This document shows, one piece after another, positions 28,548 to 38,227 of a stretch of DNA of 64,000 nt. Origin of the DNA: an uncultured Candidatus Altimarinota bacterium. Its GTDB lineage: Bacteria > Patescibacteriota > Gracilibacteria > BD1-5 > UBA2023. The notes beneath the pieces are model-generated. The model did not search any database, was not told where the DNA came from, and worked only from the letters and a program-made list of their open reading frames with translations. Positions within the stretch are counted from its first letter, which is position 1, and every line of letters begins with the position of its first letter. The stretch lies in contig CALHQS010000038.1 in NCBI GenBank assembly GCA_938036655.1, positions 1,024-65,023 of the forward strand, written 5' to 3'. A program made the position numbers and the translations under genes.

Positions 28548-31140
28548 ATTGATTTGGAGTTGCTGGCTCTCCAGCTGTCTGTGTAGATAAGTTTCCTGGT
28601 GTGAGTGTTTCTATGCCTGGGTTATCAGAATTTTTTGGTACTCAAGCAGAATTTCATTCTGATACAAACTCTTTTCCAACTACTATCGAGCCTTCATCTC
28701 ATGATTGACCTTCGTTTTGTTCTGTATCGCTTGTTGATTGTTTGATTGTTTCTAAATAGTGTTTAAAAGCAGTTGTTGTATTTGGTCCAAGCATACCATC
28801 TTGTCATTTTGCTGTATCTGAAGATTTAATACCAATGAGTTCTTGTAAATTTTTGACTGCAAGGGGTGTCGGGTTGTGGATAGCGGTTTGGATAATATTT
28901 TTTACTTCTTGATCAATATAGTCTGCATATTGACCCTGAATATTATTCCATTCCGTTACTACTTGCTTCCATTGAGTTGTCTGAATCCATCGCTTAGAAA
29001 TAGATTCTCGGTAATCAGTAGTTGCTATTTTTCCATTGATTTTTCGTGTTAAATCAAGATTGACGGTAGGAGTTTCTGAGAATTGAGTGCTTCATTCATT
29101 CGGTGCTTGACCATCTCATTCTTTTGATGTTTGAGGAATTTTTGGATTAGGTTTTTGCTCGACTGACTGAAAAACTTCCTTTTCCCAATTTGGGTCAATG
29201 GTGGAGATATCGAATTTTTCATTAATTCGTGTTATAAGAGTTGTTATGGCTGCAGCAGGAAGCGCAGATTGTTTCAATGTAGTTCGTAGTGCACCAACCG
29301 TTTCAGTAATCTTTGAATTCACCGTGTTAAGCTCTTTTTCGAGATTTGCAATATTTTCTTTGATTTCAGGTGATTTTTTTGATTGACGAAGTGCTTTTCT
29401 TTCTTCTTGAAGTGCTTTGAGGATTTCTACTTTTTCCTCACGAAGAACCTTGAGTTCATTTGATTTTTTTGCAGAGTTTTGTCTCCATTTATCCCATGTT
29501 TCTCGGATTTTACCTGGATTCTGCGCTTCCGCTTTTGGCGCTTCCGCTTTTGGCGCTTCCGCTCCTTTCGTATTAGAGTTAGCCTTCTCTAATCTTTCTT
29601 CGAGTTTTGTTTTATTTTCCGAAAGGTTTTTATTTTTAGTATCCAGTTGATCCATCTTTTTTGTAAGTTGCTCATTTTGTCGCTCAAGTTTTTTAAGATT
29701 TTGTTCTAGTTGTGCCTTTTCACTTTCAAGGTATTTTAAATTTTCATTTGCTTCTGGCTTCACTCTAGATTGTTCTAATGCCATCTGTTCTTCCTTTAAC
29801 TTACTGATTCTTTCTTGACGAATCTTTTCAACAGTAGCATTTTTCTTTGGAACTTCACTTTCTAATTGTTTAAGCTGCTGTGAAATTTCTTCATGCTTGT
29901 GATAATTAATTTTTTTATTAATATTTTCAAGATTACCACTTCCTTCACTTATACGATTAAAGTTGGAAATTCTTTCAGCTTCAAGTGCTTTTTTAGCATT
30001 ATTATTTTGTGTAATGTAATCATCAATATTGTTAATACTTTCTTTGGTATTCACAACTCGTTTTTTGGTATAGTGTTCCTGAACATTATTTTTTATCTTT
30101 CATGCAGTATTTCGAACTCGGTTAATACTATTAGAGGCGGTATTAGTTACTGCCTCTTTTACTTTTCCTGTACCCTGTGTGATTTTTTCACCAACTGCAT
30201 TTTTCAAATTATTTCCAGTTTCACTAACTTTTTTAAGATTAGACTGAACAGCTTTTCCAACGGTACTATCACCGATTACTGAACCCACTTTTCGTGTGAC
30301 AGGATTATTTACTACCGGATTTACTATTTTTTTTGCAATATTAGTAGGAGCGTTAACTGACCCTACAATAGCTTTTCCACTTCATTCTACTATTTTGCCA
30401 GCTCACTGTAGTGCTTTTCCGCCGACTCTTCCAGCCATTGATGTGCTTTCTGCACTTATTTGTGCTCACTTCTTTACCGCGAGGCCACCACCCTTTATTA
30501 GAATTTTCCCGAAGGTTTTTGCAATACCAGCGATACCAGTGATTGCCAAGATGATATCAACACTGGCTCGCCCTTGTTCATAAGGATTTCCTTCAGTCAA
30601 ATCTTTCAATGTCTGTGCGAGTTGATTTTTTACTTGTTCCCAGCTCAGATTCTTAAGCGCTTCAAATACCTGGCTTCGGAAATTTGAATTTGAAATGGCA
30701 AGCTCTACAAACTCTGGCATTGCCAAAATAGAATCCAATCCACCCATAAAAAATGCTATACCAGGATGACTTTTTGAAGGATTATCTTTATCAAAATCTA
30801 CCGCCCAATGAACCGCCCTTCGTAGCGAGTCTATAATAAGTGAGTCGGTCTGCACTCTTACTTGTTCAATAATGTCTTGCTTCTTTATGCTTACTATTAC
30901 AATAAGATCAGAGAGTGTTTGTTTGGTCTTGAGGATATTTTGTAACATTTCCTTGTATATATCCATTGCATTGTCGTTCATCTTTTTGCTTAGAATATCA
31001 CGAGAGATTTCTCGTAGATGATTGTCAACAATAGATTGAAATGCTCATATTTCTCCGTCATTATATCATTCATCTTTCATGGTTTGTGATACCATTTGAT
31101 TGATTTCTTGTTGCTTTGCACTGAGTACTGATTTTTCCAT
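28546..31140 (-). CDS. giant hypothetical protein D (864 aa, table 25) with a Gly-rich repeat region, a long coiled coil, an AEAPK repeat and a C-terminal peptidoglycan-binding-like motif
   Basis: Manual translation from ATG 31140 to TAA 28546 is open when TGA is a sense codon (12 TGAs by my count). It joins track ORFs 30466-30981, 30100-30288 and 29116-30054. A hydrophobic segment (VDIILAITGIAGIAKTFGKIL) is followed by GKxxxG-type repeats. About 250 aa of heptad-like K/E/L/N-rich sequence comes next. The C-terminal DGMLGPNTTTAFKHYLE resembles the PG_binding_1 D-G-x-x-G-x-x-T motif. Confidence 0.7.
29523..29563. repeat. 15-bp tandem repeat x2.7 (GCGCTTCCGCTTTTG) encoding (AEAPK)n inside gene D
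   Basis: Read directly from the sequence. Confidence 0.9.
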
Positions 31141-31169
31141 ATTTGACTTTATAAATAATAAACATTCTC

Positions 31170-31198
31170 ATCGTAGCACAAATTTTTTTTTCGGTCAA
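31170..31198 (-). promoter_or_regulatory. promoter TTGACC-17-TACGAT of gene D
   Basis: The reverse complement of 31170-31198 was read directly. It lies about 30 nt upstream of ATG 31140. Confidence 0.45.
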
Positions 31199-31279
31199 AA
31201 AAAAACAAATTTATACAAAAATTCGCTTGACAAACTTCTTTTTTTATAAAAAATATTGATTTCCAAAAATTTTTCCCAT

Positions 31280-31304
31280 CAAAAAATCCCTCTTTCGAGG
31301 GATA
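31280..31304 (-). terminator. terminator of rpsA
   Basis: Minus-strand ATCCCTC-GAAA-GAGGGAT followed by TTTTTTGA. Confidence 0.7.
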
Positions 31305-31307
31305 AAA

Positions 31308-32441
31308 TTATACATTTTCTTCCAATGCTTCAGCTGGGATTTCAACTGGTTCTGCTGGTGGAACATAGTTTGGATCAAGGGCTTTCAAAGAAAGTCCGAT
31401 GCGTTTTGCTTGAGAATCAAAAGTGATAATGCGAGCTTGCATCATTTCTCCAGTATGAACTTTTCCTTCGATTCCTTCCATCATATCCGCTGGGATTTCA
31501 GAAAGGTGAATCAATCCAGAAATTCCTCCGTCAAGTTCCAAGAAAATTCCGAACTGAGAAAGACGAAGAACTGGTGCTTCGATAATATCTCCAACCTGAT
31601 ATTTATCAGCGAGAACCTGCCAAGGATTTGCTTTCAATCGCTTGATAGAAAGAGAGATTTTTTCTCCTTCAATACCAATAATCTGAACTGTTACCTTGTC
31701 ACCAACGCGAGCGTATTTGTGAGGGTTGTTCACGTGTCCCCAGTCAATTTCAGAAACATGTACGAGACCTTCAACTCCGTGGAATGTAACGAACAAACCA
31801 TAAGTCAAAATTCCAGAAACCGCTCCTTCTACAACATCACCAACCTTCATTGTAGAAAGTGCTTGTGAACGCTGTTCTTCGATAGCCGCTTTTTCTGAGA
31901 AGATGATTTTCTTTCCAGACTGATCAAGGTTGATCACGCGAACCTGGAATGGTTTTCCAATGAGCTTGTTGAGCTGTTCAAGAATTTTTTCTGGGTTGGC
32001 ATTTTCCACACGAGGGTAGTGGATTGGAGTCAACTGAGAAACTGGAATGAACCCCTTGATTCCGTCAAGATCGATCAAGAGACCACCTTTGTTTGCTTCG
32101 TTTGGAACCACCGTAATAATTTCTTTTGTGTCAAAATTTGAATGAAGTTTTTCAATCAATTTTGCCTGAGAAGCCTTACGAAGAGAAAGGTGAACAAGTC
32201 CAGAGTGAGGATCGTTTCCAATAATGATAGATTCAATCTTATCACCAGCCTTAATTGTTCCTGCATCTTCTGTTGAAGACTGCATGTGATTTCCAGTAAT
32301 GATACCAGTAAATTGTCCATCAAGGTCAATCAAAATCATTTTCTGATCAGCCACGATAACTGTCCCGCTTACAACTTCACCAACATTGAATGACTTAATT
32401 GGCTCAACTGATGCAAGATCTTTTGCAAAATCTGCCATAGA
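31308..32441 (-). CDS. rpsA: 30S ribosomal protein S1 (four S1 domains)
   Basis: It starts MADFAKDL (ATG 32441; the track start at 32492 is upstream read-through). It has four repeats of the S1 OB pattern (G.VV.G.V......G..V.L.G..G..H.SE). Confidence 0.9.
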   Translation of the reverse strand, partial: SMADFAKDLASVEPIKSFNVGEVVSGTVIVADQKMILIDLDGQFTGIITGNHMQSSTEDAGTIKAGDKIESIIIGNDPHSGLVHLSLRKASQAKLIEKLHSNFDTKEIITVVPNEANKGGLLIDLDGIKGFIPVSQLTPIHYPRVENANPEKILEQLNKLIGKPFQVRVINLDQSGKKIIFSEKAAIEEQRSQALSTMKVGDVVEGAVSGILTYGLFVTFHGVEGLVHVSEIDWGHVNNPHKYARVGDKVTVQIIGIEGEKISLSIKRLKANPWQVLADKYQVGDIIEAPVLRLSQFGIFLELDGGISGLIHLSEIPADMMEGIEGKVHTGEMMQARIITFDSQAKRIGLSLKALDPNYVPPAEPVEIPAEALEENV

Positions 32442-32577
32442 ATAAATTTTAAGAAATAAAATGTTACGAAAATAAAAATATAATTGTAACAAGAAATCAC
32501 CAAATTTTGGAAACTTTTTGCTAAAATCATCAAACGAATCCCCAGATGGCTGGGGAAATTGGTTTCAAAATCAAAAA

Positions 32578-32655
32578 TGGGGCGACCGATGGGGCTCGAA
32601 CCCACGACCTCCAGATTCACAGTCTGGCGTTCTAACCAACTGAACTACGGTCGCC
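32578..32655 (-). tRNA. tRNA-His (anticodon GUG) with encoded G-1 and CCA
   Basis: The reverse complement reads G-GCGACCG..GTTCAGTTGGTTAGAAC..CCAGA-CTGTGAA-TCTGG..GTGGGTTCGAGCCCCAT-CGGTCGC-C-CCA. The extra 5' G pairs with C73, which is the His identity feature. Confidence 0.9.
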
Positions 32656-32760
32656 ACAAAAGCTTTGGGATTATACGAAAAAAAATCAAATTTGCAAAAT
32701 TTTTTTCAAAAAACTTACTCAGCGCGCCATGAAGCCAAAATTGGCGTCAAATGAGAATTA

Positions 32761-32788
32761 TTTGCAAATATAAGAATTTTCCATATAA
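32761..32788 (+). promoter_or_regulatory. promoter TTGCAA-16-TATAAT upstream of the 3D-domain gene
   Basis: Read directly. It would give a leader of about 240 nt beginning with the hairpin CCTCTT-TGAACAAA-AGAGG. Confidence 0.45.
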
Positions 32789-33034
32789 TGGGCACCTCTT
32801 TGAACAAAAGAGGCTTTCAAATTTGGAATTTTTATCGATTTTAAGGGAAAAAATTGAAAAATATATTTTTGAAAAAATACTATTATTGAACAAAAAATAT
32901 ATTCGTCAAGAGAAAATTCTCGCGTTTCCTCCAAAAATCTGCTAAACTATTTTCGAATTTGAAAAAATTCCGTCTCCTGCTCATATTTTCCTAAAAAATA
33001 TTTGCGGTCGAGCTTTTATTTCTAAAATTTTTGA

Positions 33035-34186
33035 ATGCAAATTTCTTCTTCTTTTGCTCTGAAAAATTCAACTCATAAACGGGTTTCTCTGCTTTTGGAT
33101 CGAGATTTCGAGACATTTCAACGCACAAAAACCCAAAGTTCTTTTTCCCGATTTTATTCTTCAATTTGGCGTTTTTTTGCGAATCTTTTTCAAAAAAAGC
33201 CGATTTTTTATTTCCTTCTTTTTTGTGGTGCATTTTTCGCAGTTTCTGTAGATGCGGCGATGGCGGCTGAAACAAAAACATTTATCGCGACAGCGTATTA
33301 TTCACCAACGCCTGATCAGGCGAAATACTACACTGGAACATATGCGGGCGATTTGTCGCTCAATGGTGGTAATTCAAAAGCCTCAGATGGCACACCAGTA
33401 TATGTTGGAATGGTTGCCGCTCCACGAAATTATGCTTTTGGAACAAAAATCAACCTTGATGGAATTGGTGTAGTGAGTGTCCATGATCGCGGTGGTGCGA
33501 TTGGCTCTGGTGACGGATACGATCGTATTGATATTTGGATGGGATATGGTGATGAGGGGCTGGCTCGCACGCTTGCGTGGGGTCGTCGCGAAATCACTGG
33601 AACGATTGTAGATAATGGAACTTCCGTTTCTTTGGATCTTGAAAATATCCTCACAAATGCTCCAAAAGCTGGTGATTTGGCTCTCAAAAAATTGCAAGCG
33701 ATTGGCTATAACACGACTGGGCGTACATTTTCTGATGTAATTCTCCAATTTCAGCTTGATTATGGTGTGATCAATTCTCGCACGGATGCTGGTGCTGGAA
33801 ATTATGGTCCAAAAACAACCGCAAAACTCAGTGAAGTGTACAACAATTTTCTCAAAAATGGGAGCGTTCAGGCTCCAAAAGTAGAATCTGTTGTAGAAAA
33901 TGTATTGCCTTCAGCGCGTGATAATTCGGAAATCAAAAATTCTCTGGAAGCAGAAAAATTGAGCGAAAATATGAGTACCAATTTTTTCGGAGTGACGGAT
34001 GAAAAAGTACAAAATCTCCAAAATTTCCTCAGACAATCAGGATATTCCACGGATAACAATTCTGGAAAAATGGATCTTTCAACCCTCCACGCGCTTCGAA
34101 AATATCAGTCTGCCAAAAATATCTGACAAACTGGCCGCGTCGACCTTCGTACGCGACTTACGATCGCAAACGATCTTTCAAAATAA
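33035..34186 (+). CDS. secreted/anchored cell-wall protein with a 3D (MltA-like barrel) domain and two peptidoglycan-binding repeats, table 25; start uncertain
   Basis: A TM/signal segment (IFYFLLFCGAFFAVSVDAAMA) is followed by the 3D-domain pattern TATAYYSPTPDQ...GTYAGD...DGTPVYVGMVAAPRNYAFGTKI...VHDRGGAI...RIDIWMG. It also has two PG_binding-like repeats (NYGPKTTAKL; LHALRKYQSAKNI-G-QTGRVD). The TGA at 34124 is read through to TAA 34184-34186. Confidence 0.75.
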
Positions 34187-34206
34187 TCCTTCGGGATTTT
34201 TTTTGT
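34185..34206 (+). terminator. terminator of the 3D-domain gene
   Basis: AATCC-TTCG-GGATT followed by TTTTTTTG. Confidence 0.7.
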
Positions 34207-34295
34207 TGTCCAAAATTCTCTCGGGAAAATTTTCCAAAAACTTGAAAAAAAGAAAATTTTTTTTATTATAGCACTCGATTTTTTAAAAAATTTTT

Positions 34296-34898
34296 ATGAA
34301 AGTTTGTGTTTTTGATACGGAAACAACCGGATTTCCCGTGCGTGATGGAACGCTTGATAATCAGCCATATATCGTGCAATTTGCGGCGATTGTTGGTGAA
34401 ATCGATGAAAATAATGAATATAAAGAATTGGAACGCTACAATTTTTTGGTAAAACCACGAATTGCGATTCCATTCTCTGCATCACAAGTGCACGGAATTT
34501 ACGACAAAGATGTGGAAAATGAACCATATATTGAGGATAAAATTGATGAAATTATGCGAGTGCTCAATAGTGTGGATGTGGTTGTTGGGCACAATGTTTC
34601 GTACGATGAGGAGATTATTGGATACGAACTTGCACGCCTCGGGCGAACGGGCGAATATACGCCATCTCAGGTGGTTTGTACAATGAAAAGTTCAACTCAA
34701 TATTGCAAATTGCAGGGTCGCGGAATGTCTTTCAAACCGCCAAAATTGGCCGAGTTGCACAAGTTTTTATTCAACGAATTTTTCGAAGGGGCGCACGATG
34801 CGATGATGGATGTGGAAGCGACAATGCGTTCGTTCATCGAGCTTGTGAAACGCGGTGTTATCGAACTCGAAACATCCAATGTGATGCGATTATTTTAA
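34296..34898 (+). CDS. DEDDh 3'-5' exonuclease (DnaQ/epsilon-like)
   Basis: Exo I VFDTETTG, Exo II VVGHNVSYDEEII, Exo III GAHDAMMDVEAT. Confidence 0.85.
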   Translation: MKVCVFDTETTGFPVRDGTLDNQPYIVQFAAIVGEIDENNEYKELERYNFLVKPRIAIPFSASQVHGIYDKDVENEPYIEDKIDEIMRVLNSVDVVVGHNVSYDEEIIGYELARLGRTGEYTPSQVVCTMKSSTQYCKLQGRGMSFKPPKLAELHKFLFNEFFEGAHDAMMDVEATMRSFIELVKRGVIELETSNVMRLF

Positions 34899-34923
34899 AA
34901 AAATCCCAAAGCGGGATTTTTTG
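34896..34923 (+). terminator. terminator of the exonuclease gene
   Basis: AAAAAAATCCC-AAAGC-GGGATTTTTTG. Confidence 0.75.
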
Positions 34924-34943
34924 ATGACAATTTTTGACAAAAT

Positions 34944-34968
34944 AAAAAATTCCCATATGGGAATTTTG
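34944..34968 (-). terminator. terminator of rpsU
   Basis: AAAAAATTCCCATATGGGAATTTT palindrome, with a T-run on the minus strand. Confidence 0.7.
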
Positions 34969-34978
34969 GAAAATGCTA

Positions 34979-35182
34979 TTAACGTCCAAGACCTTGACCT
35001 TTTGAACGGTAAAATTCACGAATAATAGCACTCTCACGAATCTTTCTTTTAGAAGGAGCTTTAGAATGAGTTTGTGCATTACGAAGCTTATTCGCTGTAC
35101 GAGTCTGAAAAAAAGACTTCTTGTATCGAAGAATAAGTTTTTCGTTTGTTTCACCTTCTTTCTTGATAGAATAGCAGATCAT
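34979..35182 (-). CDS. rpsU: 30S ribosomal protein S21
   Basis: A 67-aa basic protein with LILRYKKS...RTANKLRNAQTHSKAPSKRKIRESAI, typical of S21. Confidence 0.8.
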   Translation of the reverse strand: MICYSIKKEGETNEKLILRYKKSFFQTRTANKLRNAQTHSKAPSKRKIRESAIIREFYRSKGQGLGR

Positions 35183-35267
35183 AGACGAGTAAAAAATTAA
35201 ATACCGAGAAATTTTATCAAAAGATTTGATTTTGTCAAATCTTTTTTTTGTAAACTTGGCAAAATTC

Positions 35268-35296
35268 TTGCACAGCCAAAAAAATTCTGCTAAAAT
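35268..35296 (+). promoter_or_regulatory. promoter TTGCAC-17-TAAAAT of the sortase gene
   Basis: Read directly. It lies inside the track ORF N-terminus, which supports ATG 35337 as the true start. Confidence 0.45.
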
Positions 35297-35336
35297 ATTT
35301 TGGACAAATATAAAAATATTTCAAACAAAAATACAT

Positions 35337-36281
35337 ATGAATCTTTATGATCCACTTCTAGAAGCTGAAAAATCCGTTCTAGAAACTCCAAAAACACAAA
35401 CAAAAATCAAAATTTCTCGCGCGAAAATTCTTTTCACAACACGACCAAAAAGCTTTGTTCGTCAGCTTTTTTCGAGTGCAAAATTTTTTGTAACTTATAT
35501 TGCGCTTTCAACGACGATTTTTTCGGTTATGATGGGTGCGATGAATTTTAACGCGTACAGCGCGCGTGTGGCTCATTGGTTCAATCCTGATGCGTACGCT
35601 CATGCAAGCGAACAAATGCACGGAATTCTCAATACTTCTCACGCAGAAATTGCGGGTGCGAAACAAACGGAAGAAGATATTGAACAGCGTGCGATTATCG
35701 AAGAAAAAATTGCGGCACAAAATCCAGAAATGGTGTATTCTCGAAAATATGCTTCAGAAAATTTGCTTTCCAATGTGCCTTTACAATCAGCAGAAAAGGC
35801 ATCATTTTCGGTAGCACCACAGGAAAATCGCGTTGTGATTCCTCGTCTTGCGAAAAATATTCCGCTTATTGATGTGTATCATGACAAAAATACGCCATTT
35901 GAAGAAATGCACGAAATTTTCAAACAGGAACTCGTGAAAGGAATTGTGCGCTATCCAGGAACGGCTCGTCCAGGAGAAAAAGGAAATGCCTTTATTTTTG
36001 GGCATTCTTCCAATGTTCCTTGGATCAAAAGTGATTACAATGATGTTTTTGCGTTGCTCGATACGCTCGAAAACGGTGACGAAATTATTGTATATTATAA
36101 TCAGAAAAAATTTGTCTACAAAGTGACTGATCGTACAACCGTAAAACCTGGCGACACAGAAGTTTTGAACGCGCGTGATCCAAATAAAAAAGAAATTTCT
36201 CTCATGACTTGTTGGCCAATTGGAACAACACTGGAACGACTTATTATTTTTGGAGAATTGGTCGAAGAATCTGCTTCATAA
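35337..36281 (+). CDS. sortase family transpeptidase with an N-terminal TM anchor
   Basis: Catalytic His (AFIFGHSS), Cys (ISLMTCWP, TLxTC-like) and Arg (TLERLIIFG) are in canonical order. Confidence 0.8.
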   Translation: MNLYDPLLEAEKSVLETPKTQTKIKISRAKILFTTRPKSFVRQLFSSAKFFVTYIALSTTIFSVMMGAMNFNAYSARVAHWFNPDAYAHASEQMHGILNTSHAEIAGAKQTEEDIEQRAIIEEKIAAQNPEMVYSRKYASENLLSNVPLQSAEKASFSVAPQENRVVIPRLAKNIPLIDVYHDKNTPFEEMHEIFKQELVKGIVRYPGTARPGEKGNAFIFGHSSNVPWIKSDYNDVFALLDTLENGDEIIVYYNQKKFVYKVTDRTTVKPGDTEVLNARDPNKKEISLMTCWPIGTTLERLIIFGELVEESAS

Positions 36282-36290
36282 TCAAAAAAT

Positions 36291-36572
36291 ATGAACTATA
36301 CTGGAATTTTTACATACGATACATCCGTATTGCTTACAGCGCCAAATAGTCTCGTTGTTGCGATTATTGTGATTATTTTGTCGGCAATTTTCGTACTTGC
36401 GGCTCGATATTTTCTATTGGCCTGTGCTGGAATGTTTCTCATTTATCAAGACAGAAAAAAATTTGCAAATCGTAAAAAAACGCTTTCTGATCTCGTTTTA
36501 ATGAAGGATATTCAGACAGAACTTGAAAAAGAAATTGAACAAGCAACGCTCAAAGCGGCTTTTCAAAATTAA
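36291..36572 (+). CDS. small membrane protein (93 aa), hypothetical
   Basis: The ORF starts 9 nt after the sortase gene and has two hydrophobic helices. Confidence 0.5.
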   Translation: MNYTGIFTYDTSVLLTAPNSLVVAIIVIILSAIFVLAARYFLLACAGMFLIYQDRKKFANRKKTLSDLVLMKDIQTELEKEIEQATLKAAFQN

Positions 36573-36629
36573 AAATTGCTTTTTTGAAATTTTTTCCTAT
36601 AATACAAAAACTTTTTTAAATTTTGTATT

Positions 36630-37193
36630 ATGAAAACAGCTCTACAAGCAAAAGTTGGGACAGTTCTCAAAATTGATGGAGATATTTTTCTCGTGATAAA
36701 GCACGAAATGCGTCGTGGTGGACGCGGTGCAACTAACGTTACAATGCGCCTTAAAAATCTTATCCAGAATACAACTTCTGACCGCGTAATGGATGGTGAA
36801 GAAAAATTGGATGATGTAATTCTTGAACGCTCAAAGGCAGAATTTTTGTACCAGTCTGGTGATGAATTTGCTTTTATGAATCAGGATACATATGAAACAG
36901 TAGAACTTCACGCGGACGATATTGGTGACGCGGCAAATTATTTGAAAGAAGGTTTGATCGTTGATCTCCAGACTTTTGAAGGAAAATTTGTTGGTATTAT
37001 TCTTCCAATTCGCGTAACACTTCAGATTACTGAATGTGAGCCAACAGTTGCTGGAAACACAGCCGACGGAAAGGTAGAAAAGTGGGCAACTCTTGAAACT
37101 GGTCTTCAAGTGAAAGTTCCAGGATTTGTAAACCAGGACGACTTCATCATCGTTTCAACAGAAGATGGTTCATACCTTGAACGCGCAAAATAA
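36630..37193 (+). CDS. efp: elongation factor P (Arg at the loop-tip position)
   Basis: 187 aa, colinear with EF-P (GDIFLVIKHEMRRGGRGATNVTMRLKNL...; C-terminal LETGLQVKVPGFV). The PGKG loop is replaced by GGRG. Confidence 0.9.
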   Translation: MKTALQAKVGTVLKIDGDIFLVIKHEMRRGGRGATNVTMRLKNLIQNTTSDRVMDGEEKLDDVILERSKAEFLYQSGDEFAFMNQDTYETVELHADDIGDAANYLKEGLIVDLQTFEGKFVGIILPIRVTLQITECEPTVAGNTADGKVEKWATLETGLQVKVPGFVNQDDFIIVSTEDGSYLERAK

Positions 37194-37203
37194 TTTGACA
37201 AAT

Positions 37204-37228
37204 AAAAATCCCAAACGGGATTTTTTTG
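37204..37228. terminator. bidirectional terminator between efp and the T4SS-like operon
   Basis: AAAAATCCCAAACGGGATTTTTTT. Confidence 0.75.
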
Positions 37229-37239
37229 ATGCGATTTTT

Positions 37240-38223
37240 TTATCGTTTGTTAGCGTCTTGTGCGTTGTATGCTTTGAGATATGTCTGCGTTGATGCGTTC
37301 ATATAAGTGGAAAGATTATTCCTGAGGTGAATGTAATCGTCATAAATAATCGCGAGCAATAGATGTGCTGGATACGCTTTTTCCATATCCATAAAAGTTC
37401 GAATGGCACGAGGAAGGGTCGAATCGGCACGACGAATTTCTGTTTCAAGTGCGGTTGCATAATTATTGTATGATTTGATCCAAGCTTCAGAATCACGAGC
37501 GATATTTGTTCCACTTCCGGTTCCGATGGCTTGTTCTACGCTTTCTACATACGCACGATCAGATTCGAGAGTTGTGTCAAGATATGACAGATAATATCGA
37601 TAGTGACAATATTGCCGTGTCGCAGAATTGACGATTTCTTGCATTACAGCCGTTTGATTAGCATCAGAATTATTGCACTGCAAATTATCTTTTTCGCGCT
37701 CCAATCGTGTTTGTTCTTTATTGAGTTGTGTCGTGATTTCAGAATTGGCTCCATTGAGCGTGCTTTCAACGGTTTCACGAAGCCCCTTCAGAATGCGCAA
37801 ACGAGAAGTGACAATCGCACACGAAAACAATGAATTCATCGTACTACGGTACTGCAATCGCGCTACTTCGAGCGTTTTAAATCCAGAAAAATCTCCAATT
37901 CGACTCATATCAAGTTCGCTTGCGAGTCGATTTTTTTCTTCTGTAGAAAGATTGGAAAGATTCTGTGTACGCGAAATCTGATGATTCACGGCGCTGGCTT
38001 TGAGCTCAGGATATTGAGGAACTGGGCGAATCGCATTATTTTTTCCCCAATATCGATCTGTACTATCACAATAGGATTTTGCGCCATCAAGATACGACTG
38101 ATAGCTTTTAAAATCAGGATTTTGTTCGCTCGGAATAATTTCGGCGTGCGCTGGGTTTTGCGTGAAAAAAATTCCAAAAATCATTCCAAGCGCCATCATC
38201 GATGTTCAAATATTTTTTTTCAT
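37240..38223 (-). CDS. secreted hypothetical protein (327 aa, table 25), last gene of the T4SS-like operon
   Basis: ATG 38223 lies 4 nt after the upstream stop. It has the signal peptide MKKNI-G-TSMMALGMIFGIFFTQNPAHA/EII, is Cys-containing and helical, and matches no family I recognise. Confidence 0.65.
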
Positions 38224-38227
38224 AAAT

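Noticed and set aside
28546-31140. Classifying proteins D and A as LXG or pre-toxin-TG polymorphic toxins. The basis would be the N-terminal helical domain, a hydrophobic ITGIAGIAK or GGGPLLKG segment and a distinct C-terminal module.
   Set aside because: The resemblance is only architectural. I cannot match the conserved TG-domain sequence. There is no small immunity-like gene downstream, and no T7SS genes are visible.
22315-31198. Calling the ORFan/ssb region an integrated conjugative element or prophage.
   Set aside because: There is no integrase, relaxase, terminase, capsid or direct-repeat boundary, and tRNA-His lies outside the region. Only the orphan ssb context is suggestive, so it is reported as a question and not as a mobile-element feature.
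32790-33034. A c-di-AMP (ydaO-type) or other riboswitch in the long leader of the 3D-domain cell-wall gene.
   Set aside because: I saw none of the conserved ydaO core sequences (for example the paired ACGGGGA / CCCA-type elements). The region is AT-rich with only one short hairpin.
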